Part shown: one piece after another, positions 1-10,717 of the stretch
How the letters are laid out: each line of letters opens with the position of its first letter
Numbering within the stretch: the stretch's first letter is position 1
Assembly (NCBI GenBank): GCA_020184695.1
Contig: JAANOX010000128.1
Span: forward strand, 62,001-126,000
Direction of reading: 5' to 3'
DNA length: 64,000 nucleotides
Origin: Histomonas meleagridis 2922-C6/04-290x
Lineage: Eukaryota; Protista; Parabasalia
Position numbers and translations under genes: made by a program
The notes under the pieces: model-generated
What the model saw: only the letters and a program-made list of their open reading frames with translations
Databases searched by the model: none
Told to the model about the DNA's origin: nothing

Positions 1-1389
1 TCTAAACAATATTTCTCCTGTTGGAGGATTACCTAATGGATTATAATCAAAGTCTTTAACAGACCTTAGTTTCATTTGTATGGATGAACAGACAACTCCA
101 ACATCGCCTGGATTCTTTGAGCCTGTTTCTTGCACGCATCCTCCAGCTGATATTTCGGTAAGTCCATAACCTTGGATCACATTTTTGCTTATGACGCTAC
201 GCATTAAGCCAAAGACATCCGGTAATATTGGCGCGCCGCCACTAACAATTAGTTTGAGCTTGCCGCCAAGAACACTACGGAATTTGGAAAATAAAAAGTC
301 TAAGAGTAATGACGGCTCTCGGTCATTCATTAATGACTCGTTTTTGTTGTTGATTGCCCATGTAACAACCTTACGTAATAGCCATGGTAATGCATTAATT
401 CCATCTGTGAAGGACTGATACAAACGATTCCAAATGCGTGGAACGCCGCACATTATGGTTGGTTGTAATGCTTGGATATCATCAACAAGACGACGTGTGT
501 CACCTGTGTAAAATCCAATTTTAACACCTTGATTAATCATAACAATTTCGACACAAAGTTCATAAACATGTGCAAGTGGTAAAAATGAAAAATATGTGTC
601 TTTCTTAGTGATTGATCCATTGACATTGGATAACCCAACACCACCAGCAATAACTCCTTTTTGAGTTAAGATACAGCCTTTAGGATTACCTGTTGATCCA
701 GAGGTGTACATGTAGATGCAAGGATCATCGGGGTGGGGTTGATTTGGTGTAAAGTTTTGAATGTTCTCTGCTCCAATTTCCATAACTTGGAGAGCAGTGC
801 GGTATTCTCTCGGTGATTCAGGATGTGCCTTTGGAATAATAAAGATTTCTTTGACTGTGGAATTTTTAGATGCTTCAATTGCGGATTGAAGTTTGGCTTC
901 CATTGCAAATATTGCTTTACATTCTGAATGATTGATGATATATTCAGCTGCAGTTGGTCCTAATGAATCATAGACTGGAACTGGAATGCAACCAGCATAT
1001 TGACATGCAAAGAATATTGTTTGCCATAATAAACAACTGTATGAGTAAATTCCAATTGTATCTCCCTTCTGAAAGCCAAGAGCTACAAGACCAGAGGCCA
1101 TATTTAAGCAATTTTTGCGAAATTGACCATACGTAATATACTTGTATTCGCCAAATGAACCATCTGGTAATATTTCTCTCTCAGCAAAGCCGTCAAGCTT
1201 TCCAAATTTAACATCCACAGCATCAATCATTTGAGTTAATGTTCTTGCTTCTGGTTGATTTCTGAATGTTGTGATTGGTTGTCCAGCATTTTCTTTAATA
1301 CACAATGAGTTAATGTATATTGGGCTTTCTCCCTCTTTTTCAGGTGGGAGCCATTCCGTAATTCGTGACATTGATTGTTGTGATCCCAT
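1..1389 (-). CDS. Long-chain fatty acyl-CoA synthetase (AMP-binding family), runs off the left edge of the window
   Basis: My translation from the ATG at 1389 is open to position 1: MGSQQS (N-myristoylation-like), YTSGSTGNPKG P-loop, FLPLAHVYE, GAP and QGYGLTE motifs. An Inr-like TCATTT lies just upstream of the ATG. Absent from the ORF track because there is no stop codon in the window. Confidence 0.93.
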   Translation of the reverse strand, partial: MGSQQSMSRITEWLPPEKEGESPIYINSLCIKENAGQPITTFRNQPEARTLTQMIDAVDVKFGKLDGFAEREILPDGSFGEYKYITYGQFRKNCLNMASGLVALGFQKGDTIGIYSYSCLLWQTIFFACQYAGCIPVPVYDSLGPTAAEYIINHSECKAIFAMEAKLQSAIEASKNSTVKEIFIIPKAHPESPREYRTALQVMEIGAENIQNFTPNQPHPDDPCIYMYTSGSTGNPKGCILTQKGVIAGGVGLSNVNGSITKKDTYFSFLPLAHVYELCVEIVMINQGVKIGFYTGDTRRLVDDIQALQPTIMCGVPRIWNRLYQSFTDGINALPWLLRKVVTWAINNKNESLMNDREPSLLLDFLFSKFRSVLGGKLKLIVSGGAPILPDVFGLMRSVISKNVIQGYGLTEISAGGCVQETGSKNPGDVGVVCSSIQMKLRSVKDFDYNPLGNPPTGEILFR

Positions 1390-2315
1390 TAAATGAGGTG
1401 ATTGGTTTATTTGAGTTGAGGTAAGAATTCAAAATTTGAAAGGAAGGCGGTTGAGACAAGACGAAAATATTTTTTGTTGGTGTTTAAACACAGATATTTA
1501 TATTTTTAAAGAAATATTTAACATTATTACATATGGATAATTCTATTTAATGCTTAGGGAATTGATTTTTTTGAAATTTAAAAATGTTTTTCAAAACGCA
1601 GAAGAAGATGGAAAAAATAAGTCAATTGACCAAAAACACTGACTTTATCAAAATTCTGAGTTTTCAATATCGGCTGTGGCCGGCAAAAAACGCCTGCGAG
1701 GTAGAAGTATTGAAAATGCGATCGTTGTTTATCAATTTATCTGTGCAAAATTTAAGTATTTTTATTCTTTCTTTTCGATAATTTTGATCAGTTTTAGCTG
1801 CTGAGCCCAATAGATTTTCGTAATAAATTGTAATTAATTAAAAAAACATTTGCATTAACCCAATGTCATATTCCGTTGGAATATTTATAAATATAATCAA
1901 ATAAAACCATTTTTATTTTTTGTAAGCACAATATAAAGAGTTTCCCAAATTTGGGTACTCATATATCTATAAAAAAGGATATCATATGTCTTATATGACA
2001 AAAAAAATTGTTTATATTAGATTATTTAATTAAAAATGAATAAAATAAGGTAAAGTGAATATGTCACATGGGGAAAATTATAATTTTAAGTTATTGCTAA
2101 CTTTGTAATTTGATTTATTTGAGTAGATCTTTTTAGAAAAATATGTCAAATTTTGTGAGAACACATTACAATTGGAAAGCGTGATGGTTAAACAATTTTA
2201 AAATATTTATATTAGAATGTATTGGGAAATGCAGATCAGAACACTTTAATTTAATTATAAACGGTTTCAAAAGAAAAGTTTGTCTTAAAATATACGTTTA
2301 ATAATTTCAAGCCAA

Positions 2316-5300
2316 ATGAAAAACACCTTTTCCCAAGAATCACCAACCAAAAATAAATCTTCACAAGATCACCAAATCTCAATCTATGAGCAATGCATTC
2401 AGAATTATCAACAAAATATCCAAGAATTAAAAGATCAAAATGCTGAACTCCAAAAATGTCTTCAACAAAATATTACAAGCAAAAGTCTTTCTAATACTGT
2501 CTCATCTCCAGTCAAAAAAGAACAAGATGATAAAATAATCAAATTACAAATAAAAATTAATGAATTAACCAAACAAAATCAAAGACTTAAAGAGGCACGA
2601 AAGAAAGAACTTCATTGGGTAAAGGATTATCAACTTTTATTAGAAAAAAACAATGATCTTCAAAAAACAATTGATGAAATATCAGAACGTACAATTGATG
2701 AAGGAGAACTTCAACAACTTCACTCACTTCTTCACTATTCCCAATCCAAGCAACGTGAGTCTGAAGAACTTCTTATTCAAAAAGACAATGAGATCAATTC
2801 ACTCAAAGCCGAAAACACAAAACTCAAAAAATCTGTTTCATTATCACTAAAGCATTACAATTCTAGTAAGAACAAGAACGAAATACTTCTTAAGCAACTT
2901 CATGATATGAAAGATGCCAATCATAATCTTAAAAGCACAAACGAATCAACGCTATTAAAGTTACGGGAATGTGCGAAATATCTCGAAAGCGCGCAAAACA
3001 AAATCAAATCGCAACAAAGTGAAATTGAAGAACTTAAAAAAGAAAACGAACTTAACTCCGAACTCGAAACAGAATTTCAAATTTTAAGTGATCGCGTTGA
3101 GGAATTAGTAATGGACAATAACTTATTACTAAAAGAACGTAACGAAGCGCGTAATACATTAGAACATATTCAAGAAGATGTTCACGAAGCGCAAAAGAAT
3201 AATTTTTATCTTAAAAATGAAAACACGAAATTAAATTCGGAAATAATTTCATTAAAAGAGAAAATCGAAACAATGAAACAAATGAAAGTAGAAAATGAAT
3301 TTTTGTTAAAAGAAAATGAAAACCAATTAAATATCATTCATGAAATCGAGCAACAAAACAAAATTCTTTTAAAGGAAAATGAAAATCATTTAAACGCTAT
3401 AAATGAACTTGAGCTGAATAATGATAATATACTTAAAGAAAATGAAAATCAATTAAATACTATAAATAGTTTGAAGCAACAAAATGAAATTCTTGTTAAG
3501 GAAAACAAGAATCAATCAAATATAATGCAAGAACTTGAGCAACAAAACGAAAATCTTCTTAAAGATAACAAAAATCTAAATAACAAATTTTATAATTTGG
3601 AAAAACAAAATGAAAATCTTCAAAAAGAAAACAAAAACTTAAATAACAAAATAAATAACTTCAATAAACAAAATGAAAATCTTCAAAAAGAAAACAAAAA
3701 TTTAAATAACTTGAAAAAAGAAAATGAAAATCTTCAAAAACAAAACAAAGAATTAAATGATAAAATAAATAATTTGAAGAAAGAAAACGACGAAATGAAT
3801 TCCAAAATTATTACAATTGAACAAGAACTTTCGAATCTTAATATGCAAAACATAAACATAAACAAAGATTTAAATATGGAACTTATTGAATCATCGAAAC
3901 AATTAAAAGATTTACAAAAGAAACTTCATAACAGTACTCATGAAAACGATTCAATCCAACAACAGCTGAAAGATTTACAAGAAGAAAACGAAAATTTGCG
4001 AAAAGAAATTTCGTATTTACAACGCACCGATTCGGGGATTCAATCGGATTCAGAGGTCGAACAAGAATTGAATGAAGCGACTGAACGATTAAATGTTATT
4101 AACATATTAAATTCGAGAATTATATCATTACAAAATCAGAACAAAAAAGCGTATGAAATCTTCTCTAAGACACAAAAAGAATTACATAAATTACAAAATA
4201 ATAATAATAACAATTTACAAATTAAGAAAATTCTTCAGATTTTATATTCAATAAATAATTTATTACATAAAATGAAACAAAATAATTTCGATAAGAACAA
4301 AAACAATGAAATTGTGAACAGATTTAATGATAAATTAAAGGAAATAAAGGAATTAATCAGTTTTGAAGAAGATACAAATGAAATTAAAGCGCAAAGTTTG
4401 GAATATATTAACATCTCAAATTCATATGATTCATTATTTAATGATAAAGATCCACTTTCAAAGACATTACCGATATATAATAATAAATTCGATGATGACG
4501 AAGATGAAATTGATTCATTCATTGTATCATTGACGCATTCGAGAGAACTCGAATACAGAGCGAAGATGTTAAAGTTAAATAAAAATATCTCGAAATTGAA
4601 AACAGAAAATTACAAACTGAAAAAGAAATTGGGAATGAAGAAATTGAAGTTAAGCAAAGAAGAAATCGAAGAAAAGACAATGAGCGAAATAGAGGAAATG
4701 ATCAAAGACGAATTTGGCGATGAAATCGAAGCAAACGAAAACAGCGAAGTTGCAGTTAACGAAAGCGAATTAAACAGCGAAATTGTAACGAACGAAAACG
4801 AAAATGTGTTAAACAGTGAAGTTGAAATTGGCGAAGAGGAAAATGTTAATGAAAACGAATTAATCAATGAAGAAGAAAACGAATTAAACAGTGAAGTTGT
4901 AATGAACGAAGAGGAAAATGTTTTAAATAGTGAAATTGAAATTGGAGAAGAGGAAAATGTTAATGAAGAAGAAAATGCTTTAAATAGTGAAATCGGAGAA
5001 GAGGAAAATGTTAATGAAGAAGAAAATGTTTTAAATATTGAAATTGGAGAAGAGGAAAATGTTAATGAAGAAGAAAATGCTTTAAATAGTGAAATTGGAG
5101 AAGAGGAAAATGTTAATGAAGAAGAAAATGCTTTAAATAGTGAAATTGAAATTGGAGAAGAGGAAAATGTTAATGAAGAAGAAAATGTTTTAAATATTGA
5201 AATCGGAGAAGAGGAAAATGTTAATGAAGAAGAAAATGTTTTAAATATTGAAATTGGAGAAGAGGAAAATGTTAATGAAGAAGAAAATGCTTTAAATAGT

Positions 5301-6734
5301 GAAATTGAAATTGGAGAAGAGGAAAATGTTAATGAAGAAGAAAATGTTTTAAATATTGAAATTGAAATTGGTGAAGAGGAAAATGTTAATGAAGAAGAAA
5401 ATGTTTTAAATATTGAAATTGGAGAAGAGGAAAATGTTAATGAAGAAGAAAATGCTTTAAATAGTGAAATTGAAATTGGAGAAGAGGAAAATGTTAATGA
5501 AGAAGAAAATGTTTTAAATATTGAAATTGGAGAAGAGGAAAATGTTAATGAAGAAGAAAATGCTTTAAATAGTGAAATTGAAATTGGAGAAGAGGAAAAT
5601 GTTAATGAAGAAGAAAATGTTTTAAATATTGAAATTGGAGAAGAGGAAAATGTTAATGAAGAAGAAAATGTTTTAAATAGTGAAATTGAAATTGGAGAAG
5701 AGGAAAATGTTAATGAAGAAGAAAATGTTTTAAATATTGAAATTGGAGAAGAGGAAAATGTTAATGAAGAAGAAAATGCTTTAAATAGTGAAATTGAAAT
5801 TGGAGAAGAGGAAAATGTTAATGAAGAAGAAAATGTTTTAAATATTGAAATTGGAGAAGAGGAAAAAGTTAATGAAGAAGAAAATGCTTTAAATAGTGAA
5901 ATTGAAATTGGAGAAGAGGAAAATGTTAATGAAGAAGAAAATGTTTTAAATATTGAAATTGGAGAAGAGGAAAATGTTAATGAAGAAGAAAATGTTTTAA
6001 ATAGTGAAATTGAAATTGGAGAAGAGGAAAATGTTAATGAAGAAGAAAATGTTTTAAATATTGAAATTGGAGAAGAGGAAAATGTTAATGAAGAAGAAAA
6101 TGCTTTAAATAGTGAAATTGAAATTGGTGAAGAGGAAAATGTTAATGAAGAAGAAAATGTTTTGGAAATTTCGGATAATATTTTTGGCGAAGAAGAGAAC
6201 GAAAACGAAAATAACATATTCGAAGAAGAGGACATTGAAGTTATTCACGAAGAAGATAACAACGAAAACACAAATGGAATTTCAGACGTTGACTTTCCCG
6301 AAGAAGAAGAAAACTTCGGAACAAAGCCCAACAAAAACAAAACAATAGAAATCGAAGGCGATTTGTTTGACAGCGATTCGCAACATAACAATAACAACTC
6401 GAAGAGTAACATCAAAAACTCGAGCGAACTCTTTGCGCTGGATGACATCGACCTGACGTCCGACTTCGACGAACTGGACACCGAACAACTGAACGACGAA
6501 CTAATGACAGACTCGGACATAAATTCGTCGTTTGACATACCGGAGTTCAAGACAGAGAGCGAAAAAACGCTTTCGCCGCTGCCGCAGAATATATTTAACG
6601 TGGACATGGAGCAGCATAATGAAGAAGAAAGCGAACTGAAATCAGACGACGCGAAGCAGCTTTCGTTTTATGAACATTTGACAGATAACTCTGAGGAAGA
6701 AGAAAAAAATTCGAACTCTATTCTTAAGGAATGA
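2316..6734 (+). CDS. Large coiled-coil protein with a Glu/Asn-rich tandem repeat region
   Basis: 1472-aa ORF. About 750 aa of heptad-rich coiled coil (ENENLQKENKNLNN repeats), then EIGEEENVNEEEN repeats and an acidic tail. No recognisable catalytic domain. Confidence 0.85.
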   Translation: MKNTFSQESPTKNKSSQDHQISIYEQCIQNYQQNIQELKDQNAELQKCLQQNITSKSLSNTVSSPVKKEQDDKIIKLQIKINELTKQNQRLKEARKKELHWVKDYQLLLEKNNDLQKTIDEISERTIDEGELQQLHSLLHYSQSKQRESEELLIQKDNEINSLKAENTKLKKSVSLSLKHYNSSKNKNEILLKQLHDMKDANHNLKSTNESTLLKLRECAKYLESAQNKIKSQQSEIEELKKENELNSELETEFQILSDRVEELVMDNNLLLKERNEARNTLEHIQEDVHEAQKNNFYLKNENTKLNSEIISLKEKIETMKQMKVENEFLLKENENQLNIIHEIEQQNKILLKENENHLNAINELELNNDNILKENENQLNTINSLKQQNEILVKENKNQSNIMQELEQQNENLLKDNKNLNNKFYNLEKQNENLQKENKNLNNKINNFNKQNENLQKENKNLNNLKKENENLQKQNKELNDKINNLKKENDEMNSKIITIEQELSNLNMQNININKDLNMELIESSKQLKDLQKKLHNSTHENDSIQQQLKDLQEENENLRKEISYLQRTDSGIQSDSEVEQELNEATERLNVINILNSRIISLQNQNKKAYEIFSKTQKELHKLQNNNNNNLQIKKILQILYSINNLLHKMKQNNFDKNKNNEIVNRFNDKLKEIKELISFEEDTNEIKAQSLEYINISNSYDSLFNDKDPLSKTLPIYNNKFDDDEDEIDSFIVSLTHSRELEYRAKMLKLNKNISKLKTENYKLKKKLGMKKLKLSKEEIEEKTMSEIEEMIKDEFGDEIEANENSEVAVNESELNSEIVTNENENVLNSEVEIGEEENVNENELINEEENELNSEVVMNEEENVLNSEIEIGEEENVNEEENALNSEIGEEENVNEEENVLNIEIGEEENVNEEENALNSEIGEEENVNEEENALNSEIEIGEEENVNEEENVLNIEIGEEENVNEEENVLNIEIGEEENVNEEENALNSEIEIGEEENVNEEENVLNIEIEIGEEENVNEEENVLNIEIGEEENVNEEENALNSEIEIGEEENVNEEENVLNIEIGEEENVNEEENALNSEIEIGEEENVNEEENVLNIEIGEEENVNEEENVLNSEIEIGEEENVNEEENVLNIEIGEEENVNEEENALNSEIEIGEEENVNEEENVLNIEIGEEEKVNEEENALNSEIEIGEEENVNEEENVLNIEIGEEENVNEEENVLNSEIEIGEEENVNEEENVLNIEIGEEENVNEEENALNSEIEIGEEENVNEEENVLEISDNIFGEEENENENNIFEEEDIEVIHEEDNNENTNGISDVDFPEEEENFGTKPNKNKTIEIEGDLFDSDSQHNNNNSKSNIKNSSELFALDDIDLTSDFDELDTEQLNDELMTDSDINSSFDIPEFKTESEKTLSPLPQNIFNVDMEQHNEEESELKSDDAKQLSFYEHLTDNSEEEEKNSNSILKE
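4824..6170 (+). repeat. Coding minisatellite, about 24 units of 51/57 bp (EIGEEENVNEEENVLNI / EIGEEENVNEEENALNSEI)
   Basis: Near-identical gaaattggagaagaggaaaatgttaatgaagaagaaaat units are directly visible; all unit lengths are multiples of 3. Confidence 0.95.
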
Positions 6735-6762
6735 TTTTAATAAAAATTGAATAACTATAAAT

Positions 6763-7131
6763 GTGATGAAAATCGTAAATTATAATAAAATTACTGAACT
6801 TTTAATATTTAGAAATTTCTTTTCGCAAGTTATCACTTTAATAAAATGAAGAAATTGCGGTGTATTTGTACATTGTTATGTCTCCATTAACAATGAATTT
6901 TAATGAGAATTTTGTGCTTGTAGAAATTTTGAACGTTCATCATATATTTGATGAGTGATGCAAATCGTGGATTATAATAAAATTCATTTAAATTACTGTG
7001 CTTTTAATATTTAGAAATTTCTTTTTGTATGTTATCATTTTAATGAAATGAATAAATTGCGGTGTCCTTATGCATTGTTTATATTCCAAATTACTAGAAG
7101 AAATTTTAAACGTTCATCATATATTTGATGG
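6763..7131 (+). repeat. Degenerate tandem duplication (about 192 + 177 bp) of the region upstream of the TRIM-like gene
   Basis: Both copies share aaatcgt..attataataaaatt, ttttaatatttagaaatttc, aaattgcggtgt and aacgttcatcatatatttgATG. Confidence 0.8.
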
Positions 7132-8468
7132 GTGAAAACTTGATTTCTTCCTTAATTCAGCAATTCACAAAAGAGCTCACGTGTTTCATTTGCAATAAGA
7201 AATCAGTTAACCCAAAAATAATGCCATGTTGCGGAGAAATAGGTTGTGAAAAATGCATACAAGAATTACTTCAAACAACAAAAATTTGCCCAAAATGTAA
7301 TCATAAAAATAAAAAGAATTCAGCACCAATTCAACTTCATGTGTTAAACACAGTAATTGAACTTCTTCCATATTTCTCGCATACTTATGCAGAAACAAAT
7401 CTTTGCAAAAAGCATTCCAAACAAATTAGCTTTTATTGTTTAACATGTAACCAAAGCCTATGTTCCAGTTGTATCTATGATGAACTATATTCTAATTCTA
7501 AAAATCATCAAAATCATGAAATTAAAAAAACGACTGAAATTGTTGATACTCTCAAACTGCAGCTTCAAAATGAACTTAAATCTCTTGTTCCAATTATGAA
7601 GAATATAGAAAATTCAACACATGATTTTTTGAATACACAATCTAAAATCAGTTCGGAAAAGAACTCAATTCTAATTGAACTTCATTCCAAGTTTCGAGAG
7701 ATCCAAAGTAAACTTGAAAAGAAGGTTAAAGAAGCAGATGCAAATTTAATACAACAAATCAATATTCTCAAACAAAAAGAAGAAAAAGCAATTTCACTTG
7801 CAACACAATGCGAAGCCATTTTAGACTCTTCTAACCCACAAATACTTAAGCAAGCTTCTTCTATCCAAAAAGAGATCGATGAATTTCACTCAGATCTTCC
7901 AACATCTGATCAAGCCATTCAAATACCGGATATACAAAATGAACTTGTGCCTCCATTCCAAATGGTTCGAATCGAAATTCCAAATTTTTGGAAAGAGCAA
8001 GTAAAGTTTTCAAATTCCAACGATAGCCAATTTCTATACTCTGAAAAGCGGTTAATTTGTGGGAATAAATGGCGAGCTAAAATTTATCCAAATGGCAATT
8101 TAAGTGGAAGAGGAACACATTTATCGGTATTCGTAGAGCTTGTTAGAGGATACAAAATACCTAGTAAATATTATTATAGATTAGAAATTGAAAGTCAGAA
8201 ACCACATGTCAATAATTTAGTCAGACAATATTCATCTATTTTCGAATATGAAGATTCTTGGGGATGGAACAAGGCTGCTTCACTGGAAACAATATATCAA
8301 AATGGATATTTGAGCCAGGATGGAAAATTATCTTTACTCCTTGGGATTAGACCAGAGTCATACTATCAGATGTATAGAGACATTAACTGGTCAATTTCGC
8401 TCATGAAAAACAAAATAAAAAAGATACAACAGAAAAAACAAGAAAATGTCCAAAAGAAGAACGAATGA
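7128..8468 (+). CDS. RING-B-box-coiled-coil-MATH protein, TRIM37-like E3 ligase
   Basis: RING (CFIC...CC...CEKC...CPKC), B-box (CKKH...YCLTC...CSSC...H..H), coiled coil, and MATH domain (KWRAKIYPNGN..GRGTHLSVFVEL; WGWNK). ATG at 7128; the track starts at an upstream TTG. Confidence 0.88.
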   Translation: MGENLISSLIQQFTKELTCFICNKKSVNPKIMPCCGEIGCEKCIQELLQTTKICPKCNHKNKKNSAPIQLHVLNTVIELLPYFSHTYAETNLCKKHSKQISFYCLTCNQSLCSSCIYDELYSNSKNHQNHEIKKTTEIVDTLKLQLQNELKSLVPIMKNIENSTHDFLNTQSKISSEKNSILIELHSKFREIQSKLEKKVKEADANLIQQINILKQKEEKAISLATQCEAILDSSNPQILKQASSIQKEIDEFHSDLPTSDQAIQIPDIQNELVPPFQMVRIEIPNFWKEQVKFSNSNDSQFLYSEKRLICGNKWRAKIYPNGNLSGRGTHLSVFVELVRGYKIPSKYYYRLEIESQKPHVNNLVRQYSSIFEYEDSWGWNKAASLETIYQNGYLSQDGKLSLLLGIRPESYYQMYRDINWSISLMKNKIKKIQQKKQENVQKKNE

Positions 8469-8680
8469 TTTTGTAGGATTTTGAACACGATCATTTTAAC
8501 ATGTAAGTAAAATAAATTAAAACACTAAATTTATTTTTCTCATTAACGAACTTTAAATTTTTTTTTTTTACTTGTTACATTTAACGTTCGCAAATGAGTT
8601 TGGACTGCCCCAAATTTCAAACAAAGCTTGTCAAAAGGAAGGCCAACAAAGCTGTTAAAAAGTGAAGTTCGGCCATTTCG

Positions 8681-9109
8681 ATGCAGATCTTCTTGAAGAC
8701 GCTGGATGGAAGGTTTATCAGTTTAGAAGTCGAATCTTCAGATTCTATCGAAAGCATCAAAGCCATTGCAGATGTTAATGGCCTTCTTGTTTTCGGTGGT
8801 AAAGAATTAAACGATGAATTCTCACTTGCTGATTATTCAATCGTTGAAGACTCTATTCTTTACGATTTACCAGAAGTCGATGGAGGTAAAAAGAAGAAGA
8901 GGAAGAAGAAGAGCTTCACAACAAAGAAAAGGGTTCCACATACAAGAAAGAAGGAAAAGATGAAGCTTCTTAAGCTTTTCAAGATCGGTAAAGATGGATC
9001 AGTTGAACCACAACGTAAAGAATGCGAGAACTGCAAAGGATGCTTCATGGCCAAACATAAAGATGGCCGTCTTTATTGTGGAAACTGTCATTTAACCATT
9101 ACCAAGTAA
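8681..9109 (+). CDS. RPS27A: Ubiquitin-like/40S ribosomal protein S27a (eS31) fusion
   Basis: MQIFLKTL..GG ubiquitin-like moiety followed by KKKKRKKKSFTTKK..H..KK.K and the zinc ribbon C..C..CFMA.H..R.YCG.C. Confidence 0.93.
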   Translation: MQIFLKTLDGRFISLEVESSDSIESIKAIADVNGLLVFGGKELNDEFSLADYSIVEDSILYDLPEVDGGKKKKRKKKSFTTKKRVPHTRKKEKMKLLKLFKIGKDGSVEPQRKECENCKGCFMAKHKDGRLYCGNCHLTITK

Positions 9110-9151
9110 ATACATATCCTCTTCTACTTTCCCACTCTATTAAGGCGGGTG

Positions 9152-9367
9152 ATTCAGATGATCAACAAAAGCATCAAAACACAAATTTTGATTAATAATT
9201 TCAATGTTATTGCATAATCTTTAAAAAGCAAATTGTTGGTTTCCTTTTGTGGTATGCCAAGAATTCAACGATGAAATGCTTGATAGAAATATGATAATAA
9301 CATTGAAATTATTATTTATTCTTTGTACTAATTTTGTGTTTTGCTTCGCTTTGCTGATCATTTGATT
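9152..9367. repeat. Imperfect ~36-bp inverted repeat pair flanking ~145 bp (MITE-like relic)
   Basis: 9152-9186 attcagatgatcaacaaaagcatcaaaacacaaatt versus the reverse complement of 9331-9367, aatcaaatgatcagcaaagcgaagcaaaacacaaaat. No TSD identified. Confidence 0.45.
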
Positions 9368-10042
9368 TTGCCCTTTTTTCAAAATTTATCTTTTTTGAAA
9401 TTGCATAATTATTTCAATTTCAAATTTCAACAAGTTTTTTTATGAGCTTTAATAATAATTGGTGGATGTTCGAAACCATTTTATTAACAACCAGGTTTTC
9501 GATAATCTGCAGCATTCCAGTCCGAATAGTGAAAAATTAGAGAAGATTTTTTCAAAAATAAACGGTTCTGTTGTATCAAAATCACCTGTCAAATCTAACT
9601 GTTTTCTGGAAAAAATGATCGATTTCATTCAATTGTTCACACAAAATTCTAACAGAATTCAATTTTTGTTTTAGGTTTGGCGGGTGTTCATAGAATGAAA
9701 ATTTTAGAGAAAAATATTGAAATATTAATATCTCAAGAAATATCAAACCAAAAATCGTTTTGAAGATATCTCTTGAAAAGAGTATATATTAAAGTTTTGT
9801 CATGAGGAAAGTCGAGTAAATGAAAACTTTTTATCTTTATTGTGTAAATGATCATTTCATTCACAAAATTATATCGTTTTGCTTGCAAGCAACTTTTTGA
9901 TAATTTGCGCACATTTGTATAAAAACGATAAGAAAACAGTTGAATTTGAGGTTTCCAAGTCACGCTAACAAAATCCATATTTTATCACAAATTTTAACTG
10001 CTTTACATTATAACTATTCGATTTAAAATCTTCTATTGGCTG

Positions 10043-10717
10043 ATGATGGAGATCGAAGATCTTGAAAAACAATTCATCGTCCATGCAGACAAATTCGATG
10101 AGAGAGAATCTCTTATCAACTTCATATGTTTCCGTGAAAATTTCGCAAAAAATTTTGTATCGACAATAAAAGATTCAACAGAGAATTCAAAAACAAAAAA
10201 GATTCTTGTGCTAGACTTAGATGAAACATTGGTCCACAGTTCTTTTTATCAGCTTGACTATTACGATTACTGTATTCCAATTGAAATTGAAGGAAACTCT
10301 TTCGATTTATATGTACAAAAAAGGCCATATGTCGACAAATTCCTTGATTCTGTGATGAATGACTTTACTGTTTTCATATTTACAGCATCAGTTCCTCAAT
10401 ATGCAAATCCAATTATTGATTTACTTTGTCCTGAATTACCACCTTACAGAAGGTTGTTTAGAGAGCAGTGTACCTTTGTTGAAGGGTTGTACATAAAGGA
10501 TCTATCAATTTTTCATGCACCGCTTGAAAACATAGTAATTGTTGATAACAATCCTTGCTCATTTCTCAACGATCCATCCAATGCAATTCTCAGCGTAACT
10601 TGGGAGGGCGATCAAGAAGATGATGAATTAGTTTCTAGAATCCTTCCTTTACTTCAAGAATGCAAAAATGCGTCTGACGTACGTAATATACTCCCTCAGA
10701 AGATGTTGATTCCCTAG
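10043..10717 (+). CDS. NIF/FCP1-SCP family CTD-like phosphatase (HAD fold)
   Basis: LVLDLDETLVHS (DxDxT), KRPYVDKFL, IFTAS..YA, FREQC, KDLS, IVDN motifs. Confidence 0.95.
   Translation: MMEIEDLEKQFIVHADKFDERESLINFICFRENFAKNFVSTIKDSTENSKTKKILVLDLDETLVHSSFYQLDYYDYCIPIEIEGNSFDLYVQKRPYVDKFLDSVMNDFTVFIFTASVPQYANPIIDLLCPELPPYRRLFREQCTFVEGLYIKDLSIFHAPLENIVIVDNNPCSFLNDPSNAILSVTWEGDQEDDELVSRILPLLQECKNASDVRNILPQKMLIP

Noticed and set aside
4824-6170. CRISPR-like array
   Set aside because: No unique spacers, the units are in-frame coding sequence, there are no cas genes, and the context is eukaryotic.
4610-6235. 541-aa Ser-rich minus-strand ORF
   Set aside because: Antisense shadow of the GAA-rich repeat of the plus-strand gene; stop-free only because of repeat composition.
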